A program made the translations under genes and the position numbers. Shown here piece by piece: positions 49,577-59,189 of a stretch of 64,000 bases of DNA. A model generated the notes under the pieces. That model saw nothing but the letters and a program-made list of their open reading frames with translations, was not told where the DNA came from and ran no database searches. The stretch comes from Halorutilales archaeon Cl-col2-1 (GTDB lineage Archaea > Halobacteriota > Halobacteria > Halobacteriales > Afararchaeaceae). How positions within the stretch are numbered: position 1 is the stretch's first letter; every line of letters begins with the position of its first letter. Location of the stretch: positions 1,024,001 through 1,088,000 of the forward strand of contig CP169074.1 in assembly GCA_041891055.1 (NCBI GenBank), in the 5' to 3' direction.

Positions 49577-49819
49577 ATGACCGATACCGAGGAAAAGAGC
49601 ACCGACGCCAACGGCGTCCCTGACAGCCTTAGAAAGGCGTTCTGGAGAACAGTCCTACATCTCAACGTAGGCCCGATCTCGGTCTCTCTCGGTCTTATGC
49701 TGTGGTACTTCAGGAGCCTCGGAGAAGCCGCTCCGTTTCTTGTCGTGGGTGTCTTCTCGCTCGCACGTGCTGGGGTCTTGTACAGACGTAACGTACCCGA
49801 CGTCGACGATGGGGTATGA
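49577..49819 (+). CDS. Small membrane protein
   Basis: Two hydrophobic helices, AFWRTVLHLNVG. Confidence 0.6.
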   Translation: MTDTEEKSTDANGVPDSLRKAFWRTVLHLNVGPISVSLGLMLWYFRSLGEAAPFLVVGVFSLARAGVLYRRNVPDVDDGV

Positions 49820-49851
49820 CGGATGACAGAGCGTGGACAGAAAAGAGGGTG

Positions 49852-50763
49852 CTACTCGTCGGGGTGCTGATGGTCGTAGAGCTTCTCGGAGGACTCCTCG
49901 AACATCTCCTTCTCGCGGTCGGAGAGCTCCCACTCGACGACCTCCTTTACGCCGCCCTCTCCTATCTTCGCGGGAACTCCTATCGAGACGTCCTCGACTC
50001 CGTACTCACCGTCTAAGACGACACTCGACGGAATTACGTCGTCCCTGTCGAGAGCTATCGACTCTATGACCTGGGCGACCCCCCTGCCTGGACCGAACTC
50101 AGTCGCCCCCTTCTTCTCTATGACGTTCATGGCACTCTCACGGAGCGTCTCTGTGATCTCGTCGCGCTCTTCGTGTGTAAAGTCGGGATCTCTGCCGTCG
50201 ACACGTACCTTCGAGAAGACGGGAACCTGTGTGTCTCCGTGTTCTCCTATTATAGACGCCTCGACGTTGAGTACGGAGGTGTCGAACCTCTCGGAGAGGA
50301 CGTAACGGAAACGGGCAGAGTCGAGTCTTCCCGCGAATCCTATCACCTTGTCACGGTCTCTCTCGCTGACCGAGTAGAGATGGTGGTTGAGTACGTCCAT
50401 CGGATTGGTCGTGAGTATAGTGACCGCCTCGGGGGCGTACTCGTCTATCTCCGACATTATGTCCCCGATTATCGACTTGTTGGCGTCGGCAAGGTCGAGT
50501 CTCGTCATCCCGGGCTCCCTCGGCTTTCCTGCTGTAATTACGACGACGTTACTGTCCTCGGCGTCCTCGTAGCCACCCTGGTAGACGTCTGTGTCGGTAT
50601 CGTACGCGATACCGTGCATCGTGTCGTGTGCCTGTCCGAGTGCCTTGTCCTCTGCGATGTCTATGTAGACTATCTCGTCGGCTACTCCGCTGAGTGCCGT
50701 GTTGAAGCCTACCATGGCTCCTACCGTACCGCCGGCTCCGACTATAGAAACCTTGAAACTCAT
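49852..50763 (-). CDS. mdh: Malate dehydrogenase (LDH-like)
   Basis: GAGGTVG, TAGKPREPGMTRLDL, RLDSARF, GEHGD. Confidence 0.93.
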   Translation of the reverse strand: MSFKVSIVGAGGTVGAMVGFNTALSGVADEIVYIDIAEDKALGQAHDTMHGIAYDTDTDVYQGGYEDAEDSNVVVITAGKPREPGMTRLDLADANKSIIGDIMSEIDEYAPEAVTILTTNPMDVLNHHLYSVSERDRDKVIGFAGRLDSARFRYVLSERFDTSVLNVEASIIGEHGDTQVPVFSKVRVDGRDPDFTHEERDEITETLRESAMNVIEKKGATEFGPGRGVAQVIESIALDRDDVIPSSVVLDGEYGVEDVSIGVPAKIGEGGVKEVVEWELSDREKEMFEESSEKLYDHQHPDE

Positions 50764-50901
50764 GTATAGTATTAGGGCGTACTCAGATTAGGTTAAAGCT
50801 ATCGGAACCAACTAGATACAAGGCAGGAAATGTGACCGTGGCTCGGACTAAAGCCTCGGCGGAAGGTTTAGTAATACTGAAGTCATTAGATATTACCGAG
50901 A

Positions 50902-51201
50902 ATGTCGAGTAGTACAAAAGACCCCGAGGTTGTACGGGTCTCCCCGAAGGGTCAGACTACTATACCAAAGAATCTCCGCGAGAAGTTCGGAATAGAGACT
51001 CCGGGTGAAGTGTTCATCTACGAAGGGAGAGACGGAATAGTAATAGAGCCGGTGCCGTCAGGCGAAGATCTCCATGGAATTCACTCAGGAGATCACGAGA
51101 GAGGTGAGATAGCCGAGAGAGTACGTGAGATAAAAGAAGGGGAGAGAGAAAGAGAAGAGGAGAATATAGAGAGGCTTCGTCCGTCGGACGGAGACGAATA
51201 A
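50902..51201 (+). CDS. AbrB/MazE-family antitoxin
   Basis: VRVSPKGQTTIPKNLREKFGI. Confidence 0.9.
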   Translation: MSSSTKDPEVVRVSPKGQTTIPKNLREKFGIETPGEVFIYEGRDGIVIEPVPSGEDLHGIHSGDHERGEIAERVREIKEGEREREEENIERLRPSDGDE

Positions 51202-51638
51202 TGACCGAGAGATACGTATTCGACACAGAGGCTGTAATCGCATTTCTCTACAACGAACCCGGTCATGAGAGAGTAGCGGAGCTACTCAACGGTGTCTTCA
51301 AGGGCGAGTACGAGGGATATATTACCGAGACCAACGCATCGGAGGTGTTCTATCTAGTCGCACGGTTCGAAGGTGTCGACGAGGAGCCGACAAGAGCCTC
51401 GATAAGGGAAGCAGACAGGGATCTGCGTGCGCTTGAACGTCGAGGACTCACGACTGTCTCAGCCGACTGGAGAACCGCAGCCGAAGTCAAGGCTGACGGA
51501 GGACTCTCACTCGGAGACGCTTATGCGGTAGCTCTTGCCCATAGCCGGGACGCAACACTAGTTGCAGGGGCTGACGACGACTTCGAGGAGCTTCGTTTCA
51601 ACATCGACATACTGCGTTTCCGGAGCCACGGCGTCTAA
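51201..51638 (+). CDS. vapC: PIN-domain toxin
   Basis: YVFDTEAVIA...LSLGDAYAVALA...AGADDDF. Confidence 0.88.
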   Translation: MTERYVFDTEAVIAFLYNEPGHERVAELLNGVFKGEYEGYITETNASEVFYLVARFEGVDEEPTRASIREADRDLRALERRGLTTVSADWRTAAEVKADGGLSLGDAYAVALAHSRDATLVAGADDDFEELRFNIDILRFRSHGV

Positions 51639-51683
51639 GGGATAAGAGCAAGATATTAGTCTTTCAAGACCGTTGATCGAGTA

Positions 51684-52295
51684 ATGGGATTCCTTGAGGA
51701 CAAGGGACGTGCGAGGACTTTCTACAGGTACCTGTCGAAGGTCTACGACACAGTAAATCCGGCTTTCTGGACAGTCGAGATGAGGGAGGAGGCTCTGAGC
51801 CTTCTCGACATAGATGAGGGCGACAGGGTTCTCGACGTCGGATGTGGCACGGGCTTCACGACGAGCGGTCTCGTGAGGAGAACATCGAATATCGACGCAC
51901 TCGACCAGAGCGAACACCAGATGGAGAAGGCGTTCGAGAAGAAGAGCTTGGAGGACGTCAGGTTCGCGAGAGGAGACGCCCACAGACTCCCGTACAAGGA
52001 CGAGACATTCGACTACGTCGTCTCTGCGGGCTCGATAGAGTACTGGCCCGACCCCGAGAAGGCGCTCAGGGACATGAGACGTGTCACGAAGGAGGGTGGA
52101 GAGGTTCTCGTCGTGGGACCCAACGAGCCCGACTCGGCACTCTTCAGGTCGCTCGCCGACGCCATAATGCTGTTCTACGACGAGGAGGAGGCGACACGTA
52201 TGTTCTGTGAGGCGGGATGGCACGGCATAGAGAACCATCTACTGGGTCCTAAGTGGAACGACGATCTAGCGATAGTCACGACGGCTGAGAAGTAG
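51684..52295 (+). CDS. SAM-dependent methyltransferase (UbiE/MenG-like)
   Basis: VLDVGCGTG, GDAHRLPY, SAGSIEYWPDP. Confidence 0.88.
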   Translation: MGFLEDKGRARTFYRYLSKVYDTVNPAFWTVEMREEALSLLDIDEGDRVLDVGCGTGFTTSGLVRRTSNIDALDQSEHQMEKAFEKKSLEDVRFARGDAHRLPYKDETFDYVVSAGSIEYWPDPEKALRDMRRVTKEGGEVLVVGPNEPDSALFRSLADAIMLFYDEEEATRMFCEAGWHGIENHLLGPKWNDDLAIVTTAEK

Positions 52296-52301
52296 TTGTA
52301 G

Positions 52302-52913
52302 TTACTCGGCGTCGGCTTCCACATCGACGTACTCCTCGATAAGGTCAGCCGCTTCTCTTACTCTGTCCCCGCCGCATTTCCTCGCGATACCGAGATGGTG
52401 TCGTATAAGCTCCTCTAGCTCAGGCTCGAACTCGACCCTCGTGGCGTGGACTGTCGCCTCTATCACGGAGTTGAAGCCGCGGTCGACAGTGAAGAGACGT
52501 CTCTTCCGTATCTCGCCCTCCTCGGGGACGAGCCTCCACCGTTCTACGTCGCCGTCCCTCTCCTCTCCGACGCACTCGGCGGAGCATCTCAGCCACGCGT
52601 CGGCGTACTCGTCGGAGAGCCTCGGCGGATCGGTGTCAGCGTGAGTTTCGAAGTACTCCGAGCCGAGTTCGGAGAGAGCGCCCTCGACATATACTACTGG
52701 GTCTGAACTGAAGTTGACGACGACCCTCCTCGTACTACGCACGTTTTCGAGTGTGTCACTACCCTCCCAGAGACGTGCGTATCCGTCGCCGTCCTCTCTT
52801 ATAATGCCCATCGGCGCGGCGTTGAGACCTACTTTCCCTTGAGTCGTCGCTACCGTCTCGGTTATACGTGCTTCCAAGAAAGACCAGTCGTTGGAGGCGT
52901 TCTCGAAGGTCAA
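52302..52913 (-). CDS. DUF447 family protein
   Basis: TETVATT...NAAPMGI...GSDTLEN...RGFNSVIEATVHATR. Confidence 0.8.
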   Translation of the reverse strand: MTFENASNDWSFLEARITETVATTQGKVGLNAAPMGIIREDGDGYARLWEGSDTLENVRSTRRVVVNFSSDPVVYVEGALSELGSEYFETHADTDPPRLSDEYADAWLRCSAECVGEERDGDVERWRLVPEEGEIRKRRLFTVDRGFNSVIEATVHATRVEFEPELEELIRHHLGIARKCGGDRVREAADLIEEYVDVEADAE

Positions 52914-53764
52914 AGACGCAGACCTCCTTCGCGCAGGCTTATGTAGACACCCGCCGAAAGTATGTCGGCTGTCGTCCCGGGGTTGATCCCCTCGTCCAAG
53001 AGAGCCGAGTCGAGATCCTCAGCCGACAGACCGCCTCGAAGGATGTCCTCGGCTTGGCGTCTCACTTCCTCAGCCACCTCACGTCCGTGTTTCTTCTCGA
53101 CAAGTGTGTCACGTCTCTCGGAGAGGAGTCTGAGATAAGCCGTAGTCACCGAGGTATTGACGTCGCGTGTCTCGTGGTAAGCCTCGTCTATGTACCCCGA
53201 CGCCGTAAAGCTCCTCCCGAATCCTGTGACCCACTCGCGCGCTACGTCGTCGATCTCGGCGCTCGCCTCCATCACGTCGTACATCGTGAGTCCTCTCTCC
53301 CTGACCTCGTCAGTCGCCCCCTCATGGTTCACGTCGGGGAGATCGATCTCAGTATCATCTTCGACGTATACGTCTACGTGGCTGAAGGAGTCGTAGAACC
53401 GCACCGAGTCCTCGACAGTCGTCTCCTCTACGACGCTAGATACTGAGCCGAGACCCGCGTCTGAGTACGACGCCGAGACGAGGGGGACGAGAAGTAGGAG
53501 GGCTCCGAAATGGGTGTTTCCGCCCGAGTGGAACTGTGACCGACGGACTGCGTCCTCGAACACCTCTCCGACGCCGACACCGTCTTCACGTGCACGTCTC
53601 AGCGACGGCAGAGCCCCCACGGAACTCGCGATAAAGTCAAGAAATGTCGTGTCGCTGTGGTCGTGTCGCCTGTCGACATTTCCGGGCTTCGGGTCAGAGG
53701 CCACCTCCAGTAGCATCGCAAGCTGCGCGGTCTGTGCGGGTGTCAGACCTGGGGCGTCGGACAC
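52910..53764 (-). CDS. CitG-like triphosphoribosyl-dephospho-CoA synthase family
   Basis: LEVASDPKPGNVDR, GGNTHFG, INPGTTAD. Confidence 0.85.
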   Translation of the reverse strand: MSDAPGLTPAQTAQLAMLLEVASDPKPGNVDRRHDHSDTTFLDFIASSVGALPSLRRAREDGVGVGEVFEDAVRRSQFHSGGNTHFGALLLLVPLVSASYSDAGLGSVSSVVEETTVEDSVRFYDSFSHVDVYVEDDTEIDLPDVNHEGATDEVRERGLTMYDVMEASAEIDDVAREWVTGFGRSFTASGYIDEAYHETRDVNTSVTTAYLRLLSERRDTLVEKKHGREVAEEVRRQAEDILRGGLSAEDLDSALLDEGINPGTTADILSAGVYISLREGGLRL

Positions 53765-54501
53765 CGTCTCACCTCCTTGTAAAGCCGTCTTAGCTTACCG
53801 AGACTCCGTCCACCTCTCGCAGTACTCACCATGTCGGCTCCCCTCTCGAAGTAGTCGGCGGCGTCGGCTCCCGACCGCACGCCGTTATTGGCTATCACGA
53901 AGAGGTCGGTAGCCTCGGCTACGTCACTGACGGCGTCGGGAGAGTCCATACAGTCGATATGTATAAAGTCGCCGCCCGCGTCCTCGAACTCCCGAGCGAC
54001 TGCGGCGTCGTCTACGACCTCAGCTCGGGTCTTGACTCCGACAGTAACACCCATCTCGCTGAGGCGTCGGGTCCAGTCGGCGAGACGTTGGGTGTCTCTG
54101 AGTAGGGAGTGTCCACAGCCGACCTCGACCATCTCGTCCTGCCGGCAGTGGGCGTTTATTTCGAGGACACAGTCGTACTCCCGCGCGACCTCTCCGATAC
54201 GTGCTAGAGAGGCGAAAGACGATGATCTGACGTTCAAGCCGACCCCGAGGTCGGGTGAACGACTACGGAGATCCATGACCTGAGTTTGGACGAAATCGAC
54301 AGGATCGTTGTAGACGAACTCGTCGCGCCCCCTCTGTATCATCTCGTAGGCGGCTCTCCTAGTCTCGTCGTCGACGTGGAAGCCTCCTAAGAAGACGGCA
54401 TCCAAGAAGTCGTCTCTCTCGGCGGCGTAGTCGGCGTCGGTCACACCCGCCTCACTTGCGAGCGCGAGTCCACCCCTGAGTCTGTCTGTGTTCGGCATCA
54501 C
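53743..54501 (-). CDS. Dus-like TIM-barrel protein (MJ0144 type)
   Basis: EINAHCRQDEM, IHIDCM, IANNGV. Confidence 0.8.
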   Translation of the reverse strand: MMPNTDRLRGGLALASEAGVTDADYAAERDDFLDAVFLGGFHVDDETRRAAYEMIQRGRDEFVYNDPVDFVQTQVMDLRSRSPDLGVGLNVRSSSFASLARIGEVAREYDCVLEINAHCRQDEMVEVGCGHSLLRDTQRLADWTRRLSEMGVTVGVKTRAEVVDDAAVAREFEDAGGDFIHIDCMDSPDAVSDVAEATDLFVIANNGVRSGADAADYFERGADMVSTARGGRSLGKLRRLYKEVRRCPTPQV

Positions 54502-54595
54502 GTATTCGCGTCAGTCTTAGGGTCACGGTGTCTTAAGACTGAAGAAACTAGACCAAGCCGGATCAGACTGAAGACTTAACCGACGCCGACCCCGT

Positions 54596-55624
54596 ATGAG
54601 ACGTATGAAGAGATCCAAAGTCCTTCTCCGAGGTGCGGTTCAGACTGGGATAGTCATAGGAGGAGTCGGTGGTCTCCTCGCGCTCGCGTACCTCCTACTA
54701 GTGGAGGTTCCGTCTCAGACCCAGGTCGAGCCTCTCACAGTCGTACTCCTCACGGGAATAGGAGTCGTGAGTCTGCGTGTCTTCGGAAGTATAGCCGGGT
54801 CGGTCTTCGGGAGGTACAACGTCGCCGAGGTCGCCGTGAAGGGGCCCATAACGCGTGACGGAGGCGGACGTCTCCCCTCAGCTCCCGTCGGACGGGGTGC
54901 CGACGACATAGTCGAGATGATAGAGACAGTCGACGACGACAGGAACACCGACGGACTCTTACTGCGTCTCAACACTCCCGGCGGCGAGGTCGTCCCGAGC
55001 GACGACATACGTCTCGCAGTCGAGGAGTTCGACGGTCCCGTGGTGGCGTACACGAAGGACGTCTGTGCGAGCGGTGGCTACTGGATAGCGAGCGCGTGTG
55101 ACGAGATATACGCGAGGGACGTGAGCGTCGTGGGGAGCATAGGAGTCTTAGGATCGCGCGTCAACGCCAAGGAGCTCGCCGACAGGCTCGGTGTGTCGTA
55201 CGAGAGGTTCGCCGCGGGGAAGTACAAGGACGCCGGGACACCCCTAAAGGAGATCGAGGAGTACGAGCGCGACTTCATACAGGGGATCATAGACGACTAC
55301 TATGACGCCTTCGTGAGCCGTGTCGCCGAGAGACGCAGTCTCTCAGAGGAAGAGATAAGAGACACTGAAGCGAGGTACTACTTAGGAGACACAGCCGAGG
55401 AGATGGATCTCGTCGACGAGATCGGTACACGCGACGACGCGAAGGAGCGTCTCGCCGAACTCATGGACGTCGAGAGAGCCGTCGTGAGGGAGATGGAGCC
55501 ACGTCTACATCTGAGGGACAGGATGAGAATCGGTGCGTCGAAGATAGCCGAGGGCTTCGGCTCGGGAGTTGCGTCTGTCATAGAGGACAAGGAGTTCGAC
55601 GGCTTCCGGTTCAGGCTCCGTTGA
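54596..55624 (+). CDS. sppA: Signal peptide peptidase SppA
   Basis: LNTPGG, CASGGYWIA, GSIGV, AGKYKD. Confidence 0.92.
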   Translation: MRRMKRSKVLLRGAVQTGIVIGGVGGLLALAYLLLVEVPSQTQVEPLTVVLLTGIGVVSLRVFGSIAGSVFGRYNVAEVAVKGPITRDGGGRLPSAPVGRGADDIVEMIETVDDDRNTDGLLLRLNTPGGEVVPSDDIRLAVEEFDGPVVAYTKDVCASGGYWIASACDEIYARDVSVVGSIGVLGSRVNAKELADRLGVSYERFAAGKYKDAGTPLKEIEEYERDFIQGIIDDYYDAFVSRVAERRSLSEEEIRDTEARYYLGDTAEEMDLVDEIGTRDDAKERLAELMDVERAVVREMEPRLHLRDRMRIGASKIAEGFGSGVASVIEDKEFDGFRFRLR

Positions 55625-55637
55625 GTCTGAGAAGGTG

Positions 55638-56291
55638 TCAGACTGTCCCGTCGTGGCTGCCACGACTGAGTTCGACCCCCGTGACCTCGGACGCTTTCTT
55701 GAGTGCTTCGTCGTAGTCGCCTTCTTCGAGAGCCTCCCAGACTTGGTCGTCTTCTATGACGTCCCAGAGTAGTCTTCGCCTCTCCCTGTGTCCGTCGACC
55801 TCGTCCTTGAGGACGGGACGTATCTCCTTCTGAAGACGTACCATCGGGTCGGCTTCTTCGAGGACGGGCTCTATACGCCGGCGCAGGTACTTCGTCATCG
55901 CCGGACTGCCGCCGTGTGTGGATATCCCGATGACGGCTTCGTCTGTCTCGACTACGCTCGGGGTTGCGACGTCTCCCTTTTCGTGTGTCGTGTTGACGAG
56001 ACAGTCCTTCTCAGACGCGACCTCGACTACGGCGTCGTTTACCGAGTCGTCAGAGGTCGCGGGGACGACAAGATAGGCGTCGTCGACGTACTCCGCGATG
56101 TTGTCACGCGAGACCTCCTCCTCGACCTTCTCGCAGTCGACGTCGTCGAAGCCGTCGTCGAAGGAGTCGGCGACGACACGGACGTCAGCCTCGGAGGACG
56201 ACGAGAAGAGGGTCGCCTTGCGTAACGCGACAGATCCGCCGCCTACGACTACGACTGTCTTTCCCGAGAGGTCGTGGAGGAGAGGTATCAC
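55638..56291 (-). CDS. sirC: Precorrin-2 dehydrogenase / sirohydrochlorin ferrochelatase (SirC/Met8-like)
   Basis: PLLHDLSGKTVVVVGGGSVALRK, ISTHGGSP. Confidence 0.88.
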   Translation of the reverse strand: MIPLLHDLSGKTVVVVGGGSVALRKATLFSSSSEADVRVVADSFDDGFDDVDCEKVEEEVSRDNIAEYVDDAYLVVPATSDDSVNDAVVEVASEKDCLVNTTHEKGDVATPSVVETDEAVIGISTHGGSPAMTKYLRRRIEPVLEEADPMVRLQKEIRPVLKDEVDGHRERRRLLWDVIEDDQVWEALEEGDYDEALKKASEVTGVELSRGSHDGTV

Positions 56292-56347
56292 TACTCGGTC
56301 TTAGCATCTCGCCGTATATCCGAGTTTCGGGAGGCGGGCGTACATAC

Positions 56348-56560
56348 GTGAACTACCCCGACCTACTGCGCTCGGCTTACGCGCTCGTCTCAAACTCTAC
56401 GAGTTTGATGGCTCGTGAATCTAAGATTCACGAACGCTTCGTTGAGGTCGGAGCTTCGATGTCTTCTCGTCCACTTAGCACCGTGCCAGAGGTGGAGTCG
56501 TTGAAGCACCGTTCGGGCGTGTTCACGGACACCCCGAGACTGGATAGAGGTCGTTCGATA
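56348..56560 (-). ncRNA. Predicted omega/reRNA scaffold (5' boundary approximate)
   Basis: Several stem-loops (TCAAACTC/GAGTTTGA, TCGTGAATCT/AGATTCACGA) at the right end, overlapping the tnpB 3' end. Confidence 0.55.
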
Positions 56561-57561
56561 GACTTACCCAGTCCTCTTTTGGCGATGTTCGTCGCACCGT
56601 TCTTATCCGCATTATCTTCTAAGCCACACTCACTACATCGGAAACATCCTTGTCCTTCGCGTGCCGTTTCTTGGTTGCCACACCGACTACACGTTTGCGA
56701 GGTCATATACTCGTCAACTTCTACGACGGTGATACCCTCGAATTTAGCCTTGTACTCTATGAACTGCTTTAGCGTGTAGTGAGGCATCGAACTAAGCCGT
56801 CGGTTCATCTCACTACCCTTGTCGCCGTCGTCTATCCCTTCGAGGTCACCGATGACAATGAAGGCGTTCCGTTCCTTTGCTTCCTCTACGATGTTACGGC
56901 TTATCTTATGTAGTCGATCTTCGATTACCCTACGCTCCTTATCCTTCACTTTCTGTAACGTGTCGTACGCGCCCTTCTCTTGGAGTGTGGTACGAAGATC
57001 GTGGTAATGACGACGTTTCCGACGTACTTCTTCACCGTAAAAAGTAGTATTGCGGGAAGGCAACGCCACCGACGTTGCCACCCACCGAACGCCGAAGTCT
57101 ACACCTATCACGCCGTCGTAACTCTCACGCACTTCAACCTCTTGTCTTATGGTCAGGTGAGCATAATACTCACCGTCATCCCTTACGATTTTACTGTCCT
57201 TTACTTCCGCTTCGTCGGGTATTTCTTCGTGTGGTTTGATAGGTACGTTGATACCGCCGTAAACCGTTGCGACGGGTACTTTCAGCCACCAATTCGCTAC
57301 TTCGTTGTCGTCACGTCGTAGGTCAACGTCGAAGGTATCGTTACGGATGAACCACGGATACTCGTGGTCATCCTTCACCTTCTCTTTCTCTACGTAAGCG
57401 TCGGCGCATTGTACTGTAGCCGAGTATAAGTCTATGTCGTCGTCACCCTTTACGTACCGCTGAAAAGCCGTGTACTCACGTTCGAGTGCGTCACGCTTCT
57501 TGTTCGTGAGTTCATCGGTTAGTATCTTACCGACGACGGTCTTCTCAGCGGTCTGTTTCAT
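56428..57561 (-). CDS. tnpB: RNA-guided endonuclease TnpB (rearranged RuvC-II type)
   Basis: GVDFG, IVIGDL, VDEYMTS, CSRC...CSEC, NADKNGA. Confidence 0.93.
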   Translation of the reverse strand: MKQTAEKTVVGKILTDELTNKKRDALEREYTAFQRYVKGDDDIDLYSATVQCADAYVEKEKVKDDHEYPWFIRNDTFDVDLRRDDNEVANWWLKVPVATVYGGINVPIKPHEEIPDEAEVKDSKIVRDDGEYYAHLTIRQEVEVRESYDGVIGVDFGVRWVATSVALPSRNTTFYGEEVRRKRRHYHDLRTTLQEKGAYDTLQKVKDKERRVIEDRLHKISRNIVEEAKERNAFIVIGDLEGIDDGDKGSEMNRRLSSMPHYTLKQFIEYKAKFEGITVVEVDEYMTSQTCSRCGNQETAREGQGCFRCSECGLEDNADKNGATNIAKRGLGKSIERPLSSLGVSVNTPERCFNDSTSGTVLSGREDIEAPTSTKRS

Positions 57562-57656
57562 ATGCTTCACCCCTGAAGTATAGGACGGGTGTTGTAGCAC
57601 CCGTTCTACATCATTCTCAGAGAACTAACCCCTGAGTCCGTAGTGTCCTGCACTTC
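57559..57656 (-). promoter_or_regulatory. Structured 5' leader of tnpB (GAAGTGCAGGAC/GTCCTATACTTC stem, CGGGTG/CACCCG hairpin, GGTGAAGCATATG)
   Basis: Same architecture as 13678-13761; TATA-like TTTATG about 27 nt upstream. Confidence 0.55.
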
Positions 57657-57752
57657 TTACCCTATATTAGGGTCTATATTATCATAAATGTTACGCCATA
57701 GGCGTAATATAGGCGTAACAAAATATAAGTAAAACCATACGTTATAACACAC

Positions 57753-57905
57753 ATGGTAAAAGTTGAAGTAGAAAACCCAGACCTACACGCGGAACGGAAG
57801 GTAGACGACAGAGGGAGAGTATATATCGGTAAAGACTTTTCAGGTAAGAAAGTTCGTGTCATACTTGAATCAGTTGAAGAGGTAGACGAACCGGAGGATG
57901 AATAA
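57753..57905 (+). CDS. Small AbrB-fold/DUF2080-like transposon-associated protein (50 aa; not in ORF track)
   Basis: MVKVEVENPDLHAERKVDDRGRVYIGKDFSGKKVRVILESVEEVDEPEDE*. Confidence 0.72.
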   Translation: MVKVEVENPDLHAERKVDDRGRVYIGKDFSGKKVRVILESVEEVDEPEDE

Positions 57906-58134
57906 GTGACGGGGTGTATCACCATCCTACTGCGTATGCGAATCTTCGATTCGCTTGTGCTGGAAAACTCTACGAGTTTTCTGCATCACAGAAATCTCTG
58001 ATTTCTGAAGACTCGCAAACCGTAGATTTGCGAACGTTACTCATCCGCTAAAACGGATTGCGTTACTCCTTGAGGGTGGAGACTTACCCCTGTTAAGTTA
58101 AATTCAAGAGCCTGGAGTCCTTATATGACGCAAG

Positions 58135-59184
58135 ATGACCACAGGAGTAGTTCTTCTCAACTTCGGCGAGCCCCAGAACCCCACGAGAGACAAGGTGGTT
58201 CCGTATCTCGAACGTATCTTCCTCGACAACATGTCGCTCGAAGGCGGCATGTCGGAGGAGGACGCCCGCAAACGCGCCTCGAAGCTAGCCGAGAGACGCG
58301 CACCCGGTCTGATGGAGGAGTACGAGGAGATGGGAGGAGGCTCGCCTCTGATACCTCAGGCGAAGAGCCAGGCACAGATGGTCGAGGACGCTCTGGTCTC
58401 ACGCGGCTTCGACGTCGAGACCTACTTCGGGATGCAGTTCACCGAGCCCTTTATCTCGGACGCAGTCGAGGAAGCGAAGGAGGACGGAGTAGACCGCATA
58501 ATCGGTCTTCCGATCTACCCGCTGTGTGGACCCTCTACGACGGTCTCGTCTCTCGAAGACCTGAGTGACGCCGTCGAGGAGTCGGACTGGGACGGCGAGT
58601 ACAACGAGATAACCGGATGGCACGAACACCCCGACTACGTCGACATACGTGTCGAGAACATACGTGACTACGCCGAAGCGGAGGAGGTTGACCTCAACGA
58701 CGATGACACCGAACTAGTCTTCTCAGCACACGGAACGCCTATACATTACTTAGAAGAGGGAAGCAGGTACGACCAGTACGTCGAGGAACACTGTGCTGAG
58801 GTCGCCGACAGACTGGGTGTCGACTCCTACACGATAGGATACCAGAACCACGAAAACCGTGACATAGACTGGACAGAGCCCGACACCGAGGAGGTCATAG
58901 AGGAGATAGACGCCGAGAGGGTCGTGGTCGACGCCGTGAGCTTCATGCACGAACAGTCGGAGACACTCTCGGAGCTCGACATCGAACTCGCCGAGGAGGC
59001 GGAGGAGGAGGGTCTCGAACTCTACCGCGTCCCCGTGCCACACGACGACCCGAGGTTCGGCTCCGTACTCGCCGACCTGATCCAGCCCGTGATAACCGGC
59101 GCTGTCGAGGAGTCGGAGATGGGTCAGTGCAGATGTAAGGAGACTCCCGGGACGGTCTGTTACAAGCCCGTACAGGTAGAGTAG
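58135..59184 (+). CDS. hemH: Ferrochelatase (probably coproporphyrin III ferrochelatase)
   Basis: VVLLNFGEP, GGSPL, PIYPL, FSAHGTP, SETLSELD. Confidence 0.93.
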   Translation: MTTGVVLLNFGEPQNPTRDKVVPYLERIFLDNMSLEGGMSEEDARKRASKLAERRAPGLMEEYEEMGGGSPLIPQAKSQAQMVEDALVSRGFDVETYFGMQFTEPFISDAVEEAKEDGVDRIIGLPIYPLCGPSTTVSSLEDLSDAVEESDWDGEYNEITGWHEHPDYVDIRVENIRDYAEAEEVDLNDDDTELVFSAHGTPIHYLEEGSRYDQYVEEHCAEVADRLGVDSYTIGYQNHENRDIDWTEPDTEEVIEEIDAERVVVDAVSFMHEQSETLSELDIELAEEAEEEGLELYRVPVPHDDPRFGSVLADLIQPVITGAVEESEMGQCRCKETPGTVCYKPVQVE

Positions 59185-59189
59185 AACCG

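Larger units (their letters stand above)
56348..58098 (-). mobile_element. IS200/IS605-family TnpB element without tnpA, carrying a small divergent gene
   Basis: Right end GGGGTAGTTCAC at 56348 with hairpins; hairpin-rich left end 57910-58098; lower GC; sits between sirC and hemH. Confidence 0.8.
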
